Origin: Lingula anatina | Taxonomy: Eukaryota; Animalia; Brachiopoda | Assembly (NCBI GenBank): GCA_051362555.1 | Contig: CM120640.1 | Location: 1,302,001-1,366,000 of the forward strand | Length of the DNA stretch: 64,000 nucleotides | Direction of reading: 5' to 3' | Notes under the pieces: generated by a model | Seen by the model: the letters and a program-made list of their open reading frames with translations, nothing else | Told to the model about the DNA's origin: nothing | Databases searched by the model: none | Program-made: the position numbers and the translations under genes | Shown: positions 60,952 through 64,000 of the stretch, one piece after another | How the letters are laid out: the number at the start of each line of letters is the position of its first letter | Numbering within the stretch: the first letter of the stretch is position 1

Positions 60952-63900
60952 GTAATTTTGGTGTTCTCTTAACTGCGCGAATTTTAGAACTTAACATCTG
61001 TATTGCGTTGATGTTTTATGGTCGGTTTAAAAGAATAGAAGTCTATTGAAACTGACCGACTGACCACATGTTTTGAATGCAAGTACCCTCCAGGTAGCTG
61101 AAAACGATGAGATATCACACCATGGATTTGTCTAAATTTGTTATCAGCTTGTCTGAGGGAATGTAGCTGTCTGATAGCATATCGTAGGCAAACACGGTCT
61201 TGTTAAGTGGATACATACCAGGAGAAAAATCGCGATCATACAAAGTATTTTTATAAACTTTTTTAGACACAGTACAGCATTTGGAGCCCAGATCTTGTTT
61301 TTACCCTCAGGCGTGAGAGAGAGCGGGAACAATTATTCTCTTGTGTTTTCACACCAGCACAGTGTGAATGGCTGTTTGAATCGTGCTCAGTTAATAAAAA
61401 CTAAAATGTGGATCTTTTTTCGCTTTTTTTGCGATCATTAATATCTGCAAAACGAGGTTAAATGAACGTATTTGCTTTCTTAAGAGATGCACAGCGGGTT
61501 GGAGAATTCATTTGAGTTATGTCCATAATGCTTTGGCGGTTTTAACTGTTTCACATGTTTTGGTAATGTGGAATGCAGTTGGTGTTTCGCATACATCTGT
61601 ACTTAGAGGTAAACTTGATGTATGATCCTAGAGGCTCGTCTCTGTGAACCTTCTGCCGTTAAAGTGCAGAAAAACCAAAAAGAAGATATTACTACGGTCA
61701 TTTAATAATATATCACTATATCAAAGCATATAAAGGCACTGATGAGCACCGTTTTAACTTTAAACCCACTCCAAAGAAAATAAATAGTTTGGTACGCTTA
61801 CGTATGTTATACGCAGGTGTGATGGAATTATGTGTAATCGCTCCAAGATTTTGATATGTTTAAAAGTCAACAAAAATGTTGTATACCCACGTGTTGACAG
61901 AGTGAGTTATCTACGGCATCTCTGCTCAATCTGAGAGTTTGAAATTATTTCAGAGAATTATCCCATTTTGTAAAAACAACATCGCACTTGTTTCCACAGT
62001 GCAACCTTCCCACCTCATCTGTGTCCGGAGCATATAGAAGGCACGTGAAGGCACTTGGCTGGCTGTTTTGACACTGGAATACAATGGAACGCGCACTGAG
62101 CCCTCCACAGGTGAATGTTTTTGAACACACTGGATCCGTTAAGATATTTTTGTAAAAGAGAATAAATATAATGAACTGTTTTATTTTACACTGTTTCGGA
62201 TGGCCCACACATGCACAGCGCGGAAAACGGTGTAAGTTCAGTTGTCTGTACAGGTGCCAGCTTTGGAAAATGCTCTTGAAAAACTGTTTGTTACACATTT
62301 ATGTCAAATATAAAGATAAAGACGAGATATGAACCTAAACAGGTGCAGTGGATTATGTGTGAGGATGGGAATGATATCAAGGGCAAAAACAACCATATTT
62401 TGAAGAATTTAGCGACGGCCATTAATCGGAAACGTAGGTGGAAACCCTAAGGAGAACAATATGGCGAGAAGACCCAAGAATAAATTTCAGGTGTTTACAT
62501 TTTATCCTCCGGGTTGCATGGTGCAGCACTTAATGATTTAATGATTTGTTTGTTTCGTTTTTCATACACAAAAACTTATACCCTTTAAAGTTTTCGTATT
62601 TTTGCCCTGTTTCAAAAGTAACTTTTGTCTGGAGATTGGTCTAATTTTTAGAAAAAAAACTGTTAAAAAAAGATAATATGTGTAGTATATCTTTTAAAAA
62701 GTATTGCTCTGAATAATTTGTCACGTCTTTTTTCTTTATTGTTATAAAACGGGCAAAATAATTAATTTCATTGGGCTTCTACTTTCGTGTATTAGATCAG
62801 AGTAGACTTAAGTTTTAGTCTGAAAGTTTACACAAAAATTTAGACTTAAGTTATTAGTAAATCATGTTGTGCTTAGTCATATACAATCTGTACTTCAGTG
62901 TATATAACGGCCAAGGCCAACCAGCATTAACAGCAGCTGTCTATCGAGGATTTATTAGCATTTATCGGTAAATGAAAAGGGCGCTGATTCGATCCCCAGC
63001 TTTCCTCACGAACCGATCTAAGCAGATGTTAGACGTTATATCGAGCTTTTCACATTCCGTTGGTATCGTGCTCTCTTAGCACTCCTTGAAACATTCACCA
63101 TCTTATGTCACGCCACCTGACCTCGAGTAAGGATTTTCCTATTACGTGGATTGAAACCTCAACTAGAATGATTTCTTTGAAGCATACCGCATGGTAGCTT
63201 TTTCTCTCTTTATTTGGGGCACTGAGAATGCAAATCATGGCTTGTATAATGTTCAACCCTGTGTTTTTCCAACAGAAGCCAATGCCATCAAAAGCAGGCG
63301 TGGTTCTATCTAACTTGTTTGCCAGCCTAAGGTAGCTCACAGGTTAAAAATAAAATGTTATCTTATATTTCGTTTTTCAGTCTGTTTCTTCCAACGTTGG
63401 CCTACAATACACGCATGTCGTGTGTTCGTAAGCATACATGTTTCTACCCTTTTAACGGTATACTGACTAGTCATTTCTAATTTTGTTAAGATCTATAACT
63501 GCGTCATTCATTCCATGCATGTCTCTGACTGATGAGCAGAAAATGCACATCAAAAATAATTTCACCGCCAGGTGTTTCGACCACCAGCTGGCCACTTTCA
63601 GAATTATAAACTAATAAATATTTTTAACATCAGATCCCCCAGAACGACTAATTTCCCAAGTTGTTTTATTTTTAAATGAGAAGAGTTCCCGATGAATTCC
63701 AAAAGGAAATAGCTCTTGCCAGCAAAGCAGGTCTTGAGATGTATCTCCCATTTTATGGCAGTGAAGGTCAATTTCTGCCCAGTACATTTAAGGCCTGCAG
63801 AGAGCATTAGGGTCTGCACACACTTGGGTTTACACGTGTTTTCACCGCGGCAAAGATGCTGTGATCATGAGGCGCTTATATTCAGTGAAGGTTTTGGAAT

Positions 63901-64000
63901 GTTCTCCAAGCCTTAATAACGTACCTCCAATACGTGTCATTTAATTTTTCATCGGATGTCGAAATAACTAAACAGGCTGTCATTAAATGAAAAGTGGTAT

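Noticed and set aside
63381-63430. Candidate exon 2 of the Ras-like gene after TTTTTCAG
   Set aside because: The in-phase translation lacks the expected (A)LxxRF..Y.PT switch I sequence.

Overview
AT-rich eukaryotic DNA with spliceosomal introns. The domain content suggests a lophotrochozoan, probably a mollusc (inference). Most ORF-track entries are noise. Reading splice sites by hand gives four protein-coding units. (1) A 2-exon minus-strand gene (8195..6627, 157 aa) whose C-terminus resembles CIMIP3/GUCA1ANB, a ciliary microtubule inner protein. (2) A phase-consistent 14-exon plus-strand gene (35174..56260, 610 aa) for a secreted CAP/CRISP protein: CAP, EGF-like, ShKT, Asp/Tyr-rich, Thr-rich stalk, ShKT, then a VWC/FnI-like tail. 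(3) An intronless 705-aa ORF (50394..52511) nested on the same strand inside intron 9 of the CAP gene. (4) The first coding exon of a Ras-family (RERG/RASL-like) GTPase at 60861..60951, continuing beyond the window. Also present: an orphan, ATG-depleted putative leader exon at ~21-22 kb, a CpG-depleted left end, several MITEs, a 35-bp minisatellite, microsatellites and RFX X-box-like motifs. All homology calls come from recalled motifs, not database searches.
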